44,857 nt of DNA from Escherichia phage phiA2-1. Position numbers and translations under genes: made by a program. The stretch's first letter is position 1. Every line of letters starts with the position of its first letter. The notes under the pieces were generated by a model. That model was not told the DNA's origin, did no database searches, and worked only from the letters and a program-made list of their open reading frames with translations. The DNA is taken from sequence record OR861626.1. The stretch is one strand, 5' to 3'. Shown here piece by piece: positions 17,801-25,958 of this stretch.

Positions 17801-18161
17801 GACTTATTCATCCGGTATGAGCATGGAGCTTGTCGGCACTGGTGACAATGTTCGTAGTCAATTCATTTTTGACGCAAACAGATTCGCTATCAGTAACGGC
17901 ATTGGTTACGGCTCCGGTCAGTGGCAACTCCCCTTCGTTGTCGAGAATGGAAACGTAATCATCAAGAGTGCAGTTATCGGCGATGGCTCAATCAGTAACG
18001 CGAAGATTGGTAACTTTATTCAGTCTAATGACTGGGGTACAAATTCAGGCTGGAGGCTAGATAAGGATGATGGATTGACGCTTAGGGGTTCCGATCGTGG
18101 CAAGATGAGAGTCCTGGACCGGAATGGAGTGGTTAGGGTAAAATTAGGATACTTGGGTTAA
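14805..18161 (+). CDS. Tail tip / host specificity protein (lambda J-like central tail fiber)
   Basis: 1118 aa; strong resemblance to lambda J, e.g. NYNPETRTYSGTWNG...AWVLYDL...RYG...DKWGLYEAAQFCDQMVPDGKGGLEPRY; ATG at 14844 is a plausible alternative start. Confidence 0.8.
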   Translation: MAQMIKTNMRLCDMAEEIKIYGAKGGSQKQHQPVEQEDNLISLNKVKVLLAVADGEVDPNFSLKDLYLADVPVQNQDGSYNYEGVRAEFRAGTQYQDYIAGLDGANSEIQASREIKNDTPYIIAVNNTQLSAIRVKLFWPRLVKQESNGDLNGTTCEYAIDLSVNGGAYQEYTRGVANGKTTTGYDRSIRVNLPAEFDSALVRIRKITPDSTSSTLVNGMQITTYQEVIDAKFRYPLTALVYVEFGSDLFPNGIPTISIKKRWKLIQVPTNYNPETRTYSGTWNGLFKMAWSNNPAWVLYDLVTNRRYGLDQRELGVEIDKWGLYEAAQFCDQMVPDGKGGLEPRYLCDMVVQNKVEAYTLIRDICSIFRGLTFYDGEKIGIVVDKPRNPSYIFTNDNVVNGLFSRTFASDKSLYTTANVQFDDVENNYQQDVEPVFELEATRRFGFNPVDLTAIGCTRRSEANRRGRWLLKTNLRSETISFTTGLEGMIPMIGEVIAVNDAAWSSNYQLNLSGRIESVQGLQVFTPFKVDAAPGDRILLNKPDGSPEARTIASVSEDGRTINLNTAFSFVAQPDTVFAIDKDNLALQQYVVTGIQKADTDGSDSFQYTITAVEYDPNKYDEIDYGVNIVDRPTSVVEPDRLSPPENLTVSSYSKVVQGLSVETMVIGWDKAPYAKTYNVQWRKENGNWINVPRTASTEVDIEGIYAGIYDVRVRSVSDTENVSAWSGIVTVSLTGKIGRPSAPTVITASTDEVFGIRVKWGFPEGSGDTAYTELQQVPDNGDGTYNPDNASLLTLLPYPAYEYWHTPIQPGKVIWYRARLIDRIGNTSDWSNFARGMSTDDANIINDFIKVDIEGSEGFKYLEQNAIQKNQDIQNQAEAIIENALANDGDVRRMTKENGKRKAEYVQAVNLIADETQARVEALTALKAQIDDEVVASITEVQTALATETEARTTADTTLSARLGENEAALNQKLDAFSNATSTGVQYGISLGLKYNGQTYSSGMSMELVGTGDNVRSQFIFDANRFAISNGIGYGSGQWQLPFVVENGNVIIKSAVIGDGSISNAKIGNFIQSNDWGTNSGWRLDKDDGLTLRGSDRGKMRVLDRNGVVRVKLGYLG

Positions 18162-18202
18162 TAAATTATTGGCGGGTAAATCCCGCCTAAGGTTTTATTT
18201 GT

Positions 18203-18574
18203 ATGGCTGGTTTGTATGGTTGGGAGATGTACGATTCTGCGGGGCGGCTTGTAGCTGACAATAGCAGCATAATGAGCAGGAGGCTATTCACTTATAGCGT
18301 GCCACTGATAAGGGCTTTATCTGCAAACATACCATGGGAAGTCTCATTTAATGTTAACTTCTCAAATGGAACGCCTTATGCGCATTGCAATACCAGAACA
18401 GGGGTGGTGGTCCCTGCATCTACTAACTGGTATCCAGTATCACCTGATATAATAATATCTGGAAATGCAGTTACACTCAGGTATACAAACAGGCATGTTT
18501 CCTATCCGGACGATCTTGGGTACATACTTGCAGTTGGTGGTGTTGATGTTCACTTAGGAGTTTATAATAAATGA
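18203..18574 (+). CDS. Hypothetical protein (tail-associated by position)
   Basis: 123-aa ORF downstream of J; stop overlaps next start. Confidence 0.3.
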   Translation: MAGLYGWEMYDSAGRLVADNSSIMSRRLFTYSVPLIRALSANIPWEVSFNVNFSNGTPYAHCNTRTGVVVPASTNWYPVSPDIIISGNAVTLRYTNRHVSYPDDLGYILAVGGVDVHLGVYNK

Positions 18575-19368
18575 GTGATTATGGTGTTGAACTAATAAAT
18601 GACTATGGTTTAAAGGTTGCTGACGCAGAGGATGTAAATTACGTACTAAGAAGTTCTGGTACATTTAATGATTCAAATTTCTACTCATATGCAAACTCCA
18701 CATCTGCAATTAGCCTCATGACCACAGGAATGAATTCGCCTCTTCTATTTCTAAAGATGAACGAAAGTAGGTCAAGGATAAGCCAGAAGCCTGGAGTTAA
18801 CAAAATATCACCTGATTTTGTTAACCCAAATACCACAATAACAAAGACAAGCATAGACCTATTCAAGTGGTGGAACATACCGCTAGGAACTGTAGAGTAT
18901 TACATATTTGACAAGTGGATCCCGCCAGAAAGAAGTGATTATGGAATGCAGATATTTAATGAATCTGGTTCTATAATCTTTGATTCTGGCTGGTACTTCC
19001 TCAAACTTAGGGATGTGCTATGGCTTGATCCAAGTTATCCAAACCATTCAGATCAGGAAGGTGGTAGTAACTGGACTAACGTCGGGAATATTGTCAACTC
19101 CGCGAACGTATCAAACTCAGCATTATCAATGCCTGTTGGTAGGGGGTGGGTTGAAACATCATTGCAGGGTGGGTACTACTATAATGAATGCTGTCACCTT
19201 GACTCATCCGGTAATCTATTTATATCCATAATACCTACAGGTATATACCTTGATGTTTCACCAACTGGCGGCTGGGTTGGCAATATGAGGACGCAAGTTA
19301 TGGTTTGCGACACCTCGAGGCTGCCTCTTAATTACAATCCAGTTGAGATAAGAAAGGAAAACAAATAA
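18571..19368 (+). CDS. Hypothetical protein, Asn/Ser/Gly/Trp/Tyr-rich (tail-associated by position)
   Basis: 265-aa ORF, last gene of the plus-strand late block. Confidence 0.3.
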   Translation: MSDYGVELINDYGLKVADAEDVNYVLRSSGTFNDSNFYSYANSTSAISLMTTGMNSPLLFLKMNESRSRISQKPGVNKISPDFVNPNTTITKTSIDLFKWWNIPLGTVEYYIFDKWIPPERSDYGMQIFNESGSIIFDSGWYFLKLRDVLWLDPSYPNHSDQEGGSNWTNVGNIVNSANVSNSALSMPVGRGWVETSLQGGYYYNECCHLDSSGNLFISIIPTGIYLDVSPTGGWVGNMRTQVMVCDTSRLPLNYNPVEIRKENK

Positions 19369-19390
19369 AAATAAGGCCCTTAATGGGCCT
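19362..19390. terminator. Bidirectional terminator-like hairpin
   Basis: AAGGCCC-TTAAT-GGGCCTT between convergent genes. Confidence 0.4.
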
Positions 19391-19565
19391 TCTTGTTAAA
19401 ACAATATCCAGCTGGTAAAACCGAATAAAGATTTTGATTTACCTCTCCATTGCTGTATTCACAACCTCTAATTGTAACTGAGTAGTCACTGATAAGAACT
19501 ATAGTTCTTTCACCGCCTGAACAACCAGCTAAAATCATTGCAGTGATAACGATTAATTTTTTCAT
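19380..19565 (-). CDS. Small outer-membrane lipoprotein, Cor-like superinfection-exclusion candidate
   Basis: 61 aa; lipoprotein signal MKKLIVITAMILAGC (lipobox LAGC); last gene of a minus-strand operon. Confidence 0.45.
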   Translation of the reverse strand: MKKLIVITAMILAGCSGGERTIVLISDYSVTIRGCEYSNGEVNQNLYSVLPAGYCFNKKAH

Positions 19566-19566
19566 C

Positions 19567-19671
19567 TTAGAACCCTTTAAAGTTGCTAGCCAGCATCAGA
19601 AGCCATACGAAGAAACCAGTAGCTGCTACACCGAAGATTGCAGAGATTACGTTAGTAGTTAAGTTAGTCAT
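19567..19671 (-). CDS. Small hydrophobic membrane peptide (34 aa), not in ORF track
   Basis: Hand translation MTNLTTNVISAIFGVAATGFFVWLLMLASNFKGF; AAGGAA RBS; stop 1 nt before the lipoprotein ATG. Confidence 0.3.
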   Translation of the reverse strand: MTNLTTNVISAIFGVAATGFFVWLLMLASNFKGF

Positions 19672-19689
19672 TTTGTATTCCTTAGTAAG

Positions 19690-19755
19690 TGTGTTTCGTT
19701 TCGATGGAAAGATAATACCGCATCCTTGCGATAAGTGTTTAGCAATTAGTGCTAT
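19690..19755 (-). promoter_or_regulatory. Promoter-like cassette (minus orientation)
   Basis: Minus strand reads AATAGCACTAATTGCTAAA, 22 nt, TATTAT, then CATCGAAACGAAACACAC leader before the small peptide gene. Confidence 0.5.
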
Positions 19756-20024
19756 TAGTGAATATCCTCACAGCCAGGAATGGACTTAACATTGTAATGC
19801 CGATAAGCGAATATCAAGTTAAGAGCCTGCTCGACCGTGCATTTAAGGGCGCCAGAGATAATAAATGAAGACTCAGTGATGTGATTTATTAACTCATTTC
19901 TGACAGGGTCGTCATCTGCTAGTAACTCTGCGCGCTTAACAAAAAGAGCGTTGTTTACCAGGATTGTCACAACCTTTTCATTGAGCTCTTTCTTCGCTTT
20001 TGCAATCTCTTTCTCGTAGTTCAT
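19755..20024 (-). CDS. Hypothetical protein
   Basis: 89-aa ORF; stop codon lies inside the downstream cassette box. Confidence 0.35.
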   Translation of the reverse strand: MNYEKEIAKAKKELNEKVVTILVNNALFVKRAELLADDDPVRNELINHITESSFIISGALKCTVEQALNLIFAYRHYNVKSIPGCEDIH

Positions 20025-20166
20025 CTTATACCGCCTTGTTTTCGATTTGCATTACGCTATTAACTGACATCATAACATTCCGATTCTGCTGCTGAGTAGT
20101 GGTTACTACATGCTGCATTTTATTGCAGTCACTTTAAATGACCACATCTTATTGTGGTCATTAGTG

Positions 20167-20832
20167 CTACTTATCTTTAAGTAGCAACTTGATATCAATT
20201 CCTAGATTATTCTCAATCAATCCAGTCAGTGCACCTACCTTTTCCTTAAGTGCGAAGCACTGTGTTTCATACTTGAATCTCAACTCCATCTCATCAGAGC
20301 GACTTGACCAGCACTGCCGAGCCTCGCACGCTAGCTCATCAATCTTCTTGTCAAGTTCCTTATCTGACAGGGTGATTTCAGTAATTCGCTGCTCAGCTAC
20401 GATTCTCTGGATCAAGTGAGCATTCTGCGCTTGCAGGTATCCATTCTTCATTCTTTCCTCTTTAAGTTCATCAATGCTTACCATCTGACTGATTACTTCC
20501 GCTTGCTTGTTGATGGTGCTTTGCATTTCTTTAAGCTTAGCAAGCACTGCGCGACGAACGAACTTTGATTCTCTCATCCCAATCAAAAGCATCTGTTCCA
20601 TATTGAGCACTGGTGAGTTGATTGACTTTCTATAACCTCCTCTACCCTCACTCTTGATTACGAAACTTTCGTAGTCAAACTCAAACCCTTCAAGCTCATC
20701 CTCTATTCTCTCAACAAAGTCATTGTGTCGAACATTGGACTCCCCAGCGATCAACCTCGCTGGGTTGATAACTTCATTTAAAAACTGATAACTATTCATT
20801 TTTACGTCTTCATTAAGTAATGCTAAGTTCAT
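20167..20832 (-). CDS. Rha-family-like regulatory protein with coiled-coil C-terminal half (putative)
   Basis: Track ORF to 20856; likely start ATG 20832; SNVRHNDFVERIEDEL and MLLIGMRESKFVRRAVLAKL resemble Rha motifs. Confidence 0.4.
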   Translation of the reverse strand: MNLALLNEDVKMNSYQFLNEVINPARLIAGESNVRHNDFVERIEDELEGFEFDYESFVIKSEGRGGYRKSINSPVLNMEQMLLIGMRESKFVRRAVLAKLKEMQSTINKQAEVISQMVSIDELKEERMKNGYLQAQNAHLIQRIVAEQRITEITLSDKELDKKIDELACEARQCWSSRSDEMELRFKYETQCFALKEKVGALTGLIENNLGIDIKLLLKDK

Positions 20833-20856
20833 TTTCGTCTCTCTTTTGTTTTTCAT

Positions 20857-21467
20857 TCCTAAGATTTGAGGAGTTAACTAAGTTCTTTTCCTCAATTTGA
20901 GGAGGAGTTGACAGCACCATTGCCGCCACGCGCCTAAATATACCTAAAGATAGCCAGTTGTCTTTAGCAAATCGTGCTATTTATCGACAATTTCACCATA
21001 AATCACAGTTACACGTAACCGATGTAACTCGATGTATACAATCTCATCCGCGGGAAATGATATACGCGCTGTTACGCCAATTTACGCATTGGTTACATTA
21101 AAATATCTATATATATCAACCTTTTACTCTTATTATTATTATTATATATATTACTGTGTATATCATGTAACTACTTCTATAGAGTGTTCCGGTTATAATT
21201 TTAATATCATGTGGATTTATACAGTATTGCGCGGCAGCTATACCAATGCACCCTCAGCGAGAAACGGCATACACGATATACACGATGTTTACATTGAGCT
21301 ATGGCTGGCTTGAGATGCCAAAAAGCGTAACTAGTGCCAATGCCTACACGAAATTACAAAGATTCACGCGTAAACTTAAATCAACGATTTGCAAAACCAA
21401 TTGGACTGGTTACGGTGCTGAATATATAGTTACCTCATCGAAAGCAATCAACCAGAGAGATATATAA
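20857..21467. promoter_or_regulatory. Large AT-rich divergent control region with (TTA)n and (TA)n tracts
   Basis: 611 nt without a credible ORF; (TTA)5 near 21127..21145; TATATATAT; palindrome CCTCAAATTGAGG; separates minus-strand block from plus-strand early block. Confidence 0.4.
20920..20981 (-). promoter_or_regulatory. Promoter-like cassette (minus orientation) for the 20832 gene
   Basis: Minus strand AATAGCACGATTTGCTAAAG, 22 nt, TATATT. Confidence 0.45.
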
Positions 21468-21662
21468 ATGACCTACTACATTATCAAAGAGAAAAACAAT
21501 GCACTGTTCGGCGACTGCTACTTTGGCGGCCAGGCTGGATACACCACAGATAAGAGTGAGGCCGACAGGTTCGAGACAAAGGAAGAGGCCAAAGGACTGC
21601 TGACAGGATACTTCACTGAAGAAGATTTGAAGGCAATCAAGATTGTTAAAATTAAGGTTTGA
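21468..21662 (+). CDS. Hypothetical protein (first gene of plus-strand early block)
   Basis: 64-aa ORF after GAGAGA RBS-like sequence. Confidence 0.35.
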   Translation: MTYYIIKEKNNALFGDCYFGGQAGYTTDKSEADRFETKEEAKGLLTGYFTEEDLKAIKIVKIKV

Positions 21663-21665
21663 GCC

Positions 21666-22637
21666 ATGACATTTAAAGTTTACACGAACGACGAACTAAC
21701 CAACGAGGCTTATCACGAAGAGCAAGACCATATCTCTGGCTCATCACTGGCTGAGATTCTCGCAACCTCACCAGCTAAATGGAAATTCAAGCAGCGCAAT
21801 AACTCCAGCGCAGCACTTAAGTTTGGCACTCTGAGTCATACGATGATGCTAGAGCGCGAGGTTTTCGATTCAACCTACATGCGAGCCACTGACTTTGACG
21901 AAGTTGAAGGATTGATCACAAGCCAAACAGCTTTATCAGCAGCACTTAAGAAAGTTGGTGTTTCTGGTACGTCAGGAGAGGGCTATAACGAGCTCGTGGA
22001 GATGATGTATAAGTCTGGCGAGGATTGGCCTGTTAAATGGCTAATTGAGCAGCAGGAGAGCGCTGAGGCATTGATTAGTGGCAAGGAGTTGGTTACTGCG
22101 AAAGATTACGACAAGGTAATCTCAATGCGCGAGGTTCTGACCAATATTCCAGCTTACGATTCGGTCATTAATTCACCAACAGCACAGAAAGAGTTATCCA
22201 TCTTTGGTGAGATTTTAGGTTGTGGCGTAAAGGTTAGGCTTGATCACGTTGATGTTGTTGATGGCGTTGTCTACATTACTGACTATAAAACGACGGCAGA
22301 CGCAAGCCCTCGATGGTTTGGTAAGTCGGCTTATGACCATGGATACCTTTGCAAGATGGCACTTCAACGCGATTTGTTTGTGAATGCATTCAGCGAGAAG
22401 CGCAAGGTTGTGGTTCGCCTCCTGGCGCAGGAGAAAACTGAGCCTTACTTACCTATGTGCTACACGCTTACAGATGAGCAGCTTCGCATTGGGCGCATTC
22501 AGTATCTTGAAGCACTGGCTACATACAAACAGTGCAAGGAACTTGATGTGTGGCCTGGTTACAGTAATGGGATTACAGAGCAAGATTTAATGATTCCTGA
22601 GTGGGTAAGTAAAAAGTATCAAGAATTGCTGAAATAG
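21666..22637 (+). CDS. PD-(D/E)XK-family exonuclease (recombination exonuclease, putative)
   Basis: RLDHVDVVDGVVYITDYKT contains a D...D/E-x-K nuclease signature; adjacent to Erf-family gene. Confidence 0.55.
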   Translation: MTFKVYTNDELTNEAYHEEQDHISGSSLAEILATSPAKWKFKQRNNSSAALKFGTLSHTMMLEREVFDSTYMRATDFDEVEGLITSQTALSAALKKVGVSGTSGEGYNELVEMMYKSGEDWPVKWLIEQQESAEALISGKELVTAKDYDKVISMREVLTNIPAYDSVINSPTAQKELSIFGEILGCGVKVRLDHVDVVDGVVYITDYKTTADASPRWFGKSAYDHGYLCKMALQRDLFVNAFSEKRKVVVRLLAQEKTEPYLPMCYTLTDEQLRIGRIQYLEALATYKQCKELDVWPGYSNGITEQDLMIPEWVSKKYQELLK

Positions 22638-22700
22638 CACTAATTGCTAAAGAAAAAGTTAACTGGTGGGGTATCATTACCTCACCAAAACGAAAGAGAG
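22634..22700 (+). promoter_or_regulatory. Promoter-like cassette
   Basis: ATAGCACTAATTGCTAAAG, 22 nt, TATCAT, then CCAAAACGAAAGAGAG leader; box overlaps upstream stop TAG. Confidence 0.5.
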
Positions 22701-22707
22701 ATAGGTA

Positions 22708-23358
22708 ATGAAGACTTCAGAGCAAAACAAGCAAGTATTGAAGGCGTTATTTGAGGCTAAATCAAAGTTTGCCAAGGCTGAAAAATCAAAGCAGAACTCG
22801 CACCTAAAGAACAAGTACGCCACTTTAGATGATGTTTTAGCGGCGGTTGAGCCGGGCCTGGCGGATAGCGGATTGGTAATGTTTCAGTCAATGGTTGATG
22901 ATGATGTTAGCTCTCGTATTAAGGTTGAGACTACCGTATACCATGCCGAGTCTGGAGAATGGGTTAGCTTCCTGACAATCGTCCCAATCAGCAAGCAAGA
23001 TGCTCAAGGTTATGGCTCATCACTCACATACGCTCGCCGTTACGCAATTACAGCGGCATTAGGATTAAGCCAAGCAGATGATGATGGTCAGCTGGCAGTT
23101 AAAGGAATTAACTCATTTAAGAAGGATTTGGCTAAGTGCAATACGCTTGATGACCTTCGTGATGTTTACAAAGAAGCGAAACAGTCACTTGATTCAGCAG
23201 GCTGGCTAGTGCTCGAGCCTCACATCATCGAGAGGAAAGCTGAGATTCAGGCTAATGCAACTAACGGTTTTAATCCTGCAAAACCTAAGCAAGTTGCACA
23301 AAAGAATGTTCAAGAAGAAAAAGTTGAAGTACAATCTCAAGAAATCGATACATTCTAA
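22708..23358 (+). CDS. erf: Erf-family single-strand annealing protein
   Basis: 216 aa; GSSLTYARRYAITAALG resembles the Erf signature; sits between exonuclease and SSB. Confidence 0.7.
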   Translation: MKTSEQNKQVLKALFEAKSKFAKAEKSKQNSHLKNKYATLDDVLAAVEPGLADSGLVMFQSMVDDDVSSRIKVETTVYHAESGEWVSFLTIVPISKQDAQGYGSSLTYARRYAITAALGLSQADDDGQLAVKGINSFKKDLAKCNTLDDLRDVYKEAKQSLDSAGWLVLEPHIIERKAEIQANATNGFNPAKPKQVAQKNVQEEKVEVQSQEIDTF

Positions 23359-23398
23359 TTTAACGGGGCTGCGGCCCCAACATTAAGAGAGAAAGAAA

Positions 23399-23830
23399 AT
23401 GAGTCACGTAATCACTGGTGTTATCCGTCGCGCTCCGTTCACTAAAGAAGGTCAGAATGCCAATGGCACCTGGAAGATGTACGCAGTTGATTTAAACGAG
23501 CGATACAAGGATAAAGATGGACAGGCGCATTATAGCAACTATCGCGCCGTGTTCTTCGCCAAAGAATCAATGCTTGCTTGGTACGATGAGGCTTTCCAGG
23601 AGGGGAAGGTTGTTAGCGTAAGTTGTGAAACATTGGCTGTAGACGTTCGTGATAAAGATGGTAAAACTTATGTAACAATCAACATGAACAACCCGCGACT
23701 TGAGTTTAGTCAGCGTGGTGAAGGTGTCCAGCAACAACAGCAACAGCAAAAACCACAACAGCAACAGCAACAACAGCAGCAGCGTCAACCTCAACAGCAG
23801 AAGAACTTCGAGGATGATATCCCCTTCTGA
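23399..23830 (+). CDS. ssb: Single-stranded DNA-binding protein with Gln-rich linker
   Basis: 143 aa; OB-fold-like N-terminus; poly-Q linker; acidic C-terminal tail ending DDIPF. Confidence 0.75.
   Translation: MSHVITGVIRRAPFTKEGQNANGTWKMYAVDLNERYKDKDGQAHYSNYRAVFFAKESMLAWYDEAFQEGKVVSVSCETLAVDVRDKDGKTYVTINMNNPRLEFSQRGEGVQQQQQQQKPQQQQQQQQQRQPQQQKNFEDDIPF
23720..23800 (+). repeat. (CAR)n trinucleotide repeat encoding the poly-Q linker of SSB
   Basis: CAGCAACAACAGCAACAGCAA...CAACAGCAGCAGCGTCAACCTCAACAGCAG. Confidence 0.6.
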
Positions 23831-23839
23831 TAAAAGACA

Positions 23840-23864
23840 AAGCCCCTTTCGGGGGCTTTTTTAT
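23840..23864. terminator. Bidirectional terminator between ssb (+) and tail fiber gene (-)
   Basis: AAGCCCC-TTTC-GGGGGCTT plus T-run. Confidence 0.55.
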
Positions 23865-24949
23865 GGCATATTTACTCGAATTGAAACGAAAGAGTCAGAA
23901 GGAATATCTATAGGATCGCCGTTACTAAAACCTTCAACTTTATTTCTTGCAAAGGACGGGGATGAATCGTGAGTTCGATGGTAAGTTTTTACTACTATTG
24001 ATCCATTAGACTCAACCTCATAATCTAGCCATATTCTTGGCTGCTTGTTTGCATCTAAAGGTATCTCAAAGCCACCATTAACACCACCCCAGGAGGCATC
24101 CGAATTTAGACCAAGCACACCTGATACCCTATAAACACCAGTGGAAACTCTCTCCACTGTAGCTCCCTTTGATTGCTCGTTTGTTTCAAAACCACCATCA
24201 CTGAAGACTTTAATTATAGGAGAAGCCTTTTTAAGGAAACCGTTAGAGTCTACGGTTACGTTTTGTGAGTGGTAAAGTTCCATGAACCCAAGGCCGTTAT
24301 TATAAGTTGAGTTAGCTATATAGCATCTCCTTTCCGCATAAGAAACGGCAAGCTGAGCCCACTCTCTAGCAGTTGGTCCAGGCATATCCATAAATACAAC
24401 ATAATCTAGGTAGTATAAGTTGGTTGGACTAATAGGTTCATATCCATACGTCCAGGTTGTTTTGGGCTTGTCGGTTCGCATTATCCTTGATCCAAAAACT
24501 AGTTGAACTTGCCCAGGTTCATAGCCATGATCAATGACAGCAGAAGTTCCAAGCCCGAGGTTGTTACGCGCTTCAGGTGCTGTACTAGCTCCTGTTCCTC
24601 CGTTCTCTAATTTTACATTCCCATCATCACCACCGCTCACATAATTATTTGACTGATAAAATCTAAGCGTCTCGGCTACGTCCTGTGCCAAACCCTGAAC
24701 TGTAATACCATCATGAAGAAGAATGGCGTAACCAGTTCCAGCAGCAACGGTTTCAGAATTAGGGTTGTAAACATTAATCTGCGTGTCGCTGATGATTTCA
24801 GAGATAGTGTAAATCTTCACTGGTTCAGTCTTGAAAACAATAGTGGCGCCAACACGAATCAGCGTAAGCGGAGCCATCCAGGTAGTCCCAACACCAGTTA
24901 CAGTGCCGTTAGCTGCCAGGCTGGCTGTTCCAGCGTCATAAATTGCCAT
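23861..24949 (-). CDS. Tail fiber protein (putative receptor-binding fiber)
   Basis: Track ORF to 24979; likely start ATG 24949 after GGAG (MAIYDAGTASLAANGTVTG...); GGTGASTAPEARNNLGLG fiber-type motif. Confidence 0.5.
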   Translation of the reverse strand: MAIYDAGTASLAANGTVTGVGTTWMAPLTLIRVGATIVFKTEPVKIYTISEIISDTQINVYNPNSETVAAGTGYAILLHDGITVQGLAQDVAETLRFYQSNNYVSGGDDGNVKLENGGTGASTAPEARNNLGLGTSAVIDHGYEPGQVQLVFGSRIMRTDKPKTTWTYGYEPISPTNLYYLDYVVFMDMPGPTAREWAQLAVSYAERRCYIANSTYNNGLGFMELYHSQNVTVDSNGFLKKASPIIKVFSDGGFETNEQSKGATVERVSTGVYRVSGVLGLNSDASWGGVNGGFEIPLDANKQPRIWLDYEVESNGSIVVKTYHRTHDSSPSFARNKVEGFSNGDPIDIPSDSFVSIRVNMP

Positions 24950-25012
24950 TGTAAGGTCTCCATTTGTAAAATAGCACAATTTGCTAAAACTAATTCTACC
25001 ATCTTTAATGCA

Positions 25013-25036
25013 ATAAAAAACCTCCCGAAGGAGGTT
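25013..25036 (-). terminator. Rho-independent terminator (minus strand) after the primase-like gene
   Basis: ACCTCC-CGAA-GGAGGT hairpin with A-run on plus strand (U-run on minus). Confidence 0.45.
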
Positions 25037-25958
25037 AGTTTATTAAGTCGTTGGCTTTGTACACTTTCTTGCGTATGCCTGTTTTAAATGACTTACCGTC
25101 ATTGGGAATCACCACATCAACATTGCGATCGTCAGCAACAGCAAGGATATCGATATCATAATCATGGCAAGCAATTCTGAACTTCCTTGACTTGTCGCGG
25201 TGTATAACCATCTCCATATTGTAACAGGAGAAAGCAACAAACACCTCGCGACCCCCAGTAGCAAGGTGAACACGTACGCCATCAATATAATTGTCAACAA
25301 CATAAGTATAACTATTGTCCTGCCTAGAACCAATGACAGCAACAGAATCACGAGTATAATCACCAGCAAGGAACTTAACATTTGAATCCTCATCAATAAA
25401 CATTACGTTACAGAACTCATCACCAAGCCCATCCTCATAAACCATGGAGCAAGGCACGGCATGAATCATTGAACCATCTTTAGCTATACCAACATCAAAA
25501 CCAGATTCAGAGTATATACCCTCATATGTCGTGAGTGGACTTGAGTCAACTCGCTGAGTTCTCCCCATGACCTCCAAAACTTTTTCATGGTCTACTTGAG
25601 CGCCCATCTTATAACGATGAGTTCTGGATGCTTGCTTGTTTGCTTTAACTATAACCTCAATTGGTGTTAAGTTCAGCCAGTCACCAAGCAAATTTACTGA
25701 ATCGGCGAAGGACGATCCAGTGCACTTCATGACCCATCCTATACCGGAGTCACTTCCGCATTTCGAACAAACTGCCGCGCCATTTCCTTTTTCACTGCCT
25801 ATTTCGTCGGTAAATCTGAATCTGTCAGTGCCAAAGCAGTATGGGCATGGTCCGTGCTTCTTACTTAGGTGTCTATCATTCCAACCAAGTTCCTTTGCAT
25901 AAAATGATTTCCACAATCCGGCCATCTTAGGTATAACTTCATTCTTATCGTAATTCAT
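25035..25958 (-). CDS. DNA primase-like protein (zinc-ribbon plus TOPRIM-like region)
   Basis: CPYC...CSKCG zinc-binding motif; acidic AVADDRNVD segment; located in replication block. Confidence 0.45.
   Translation of the reverse strand: MNYDKNEVIPKMAGLWKSFYAKELGWNDRHLSKKHGPCPYCFGTDRFRFTDEIGSEKGNGAAVCSKCGSDSGIGWVMKCTGSSFADSVNLLGDWLNLTPIEVIVKANKQASRTHRYKMGAQVDHEKVLEVMGRTQRVDSSPLTTYEGIYSESGFDVGIAKDGSMIHAVPCSMVYEDGLGDEFCNVMFIDEDSNVKFLAGDYTRDSVAVIGSRQDNSYTYVVDNYIDGVRVHLATGGREVFVAFSCYNMEMVIHRDKSRKFRIACHDYDIDILAVADDRNVDVVIPNDGKSFKTGIRKKVYKANDLIN

Noticed and set aside
20137-20162. Perfect 10-bp inverted repeat AATGACCACA-N6-TGTGGTCATT as an intrinsic terminator for the minus-strand Rha-like gene
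   Set aside because: No U-run follows on the minus strand; more likely an operator or RNA-processing structure, so left unannotated.
21032-21467. Two track ORFs (93 and 73 aa) inside the AT-rich control region
   Set aside because: Implausible composition (Tyr/Ile runs from TA and TTA repeats), no RBS; the region carries repeats and promoter-like elements instead.
23567-23794. Minus-strand ORF encoding a poly-Leu stretch
   Set aside because: Mirror image of the (CAR)n repeat encoding the SSB poly-Q linker.
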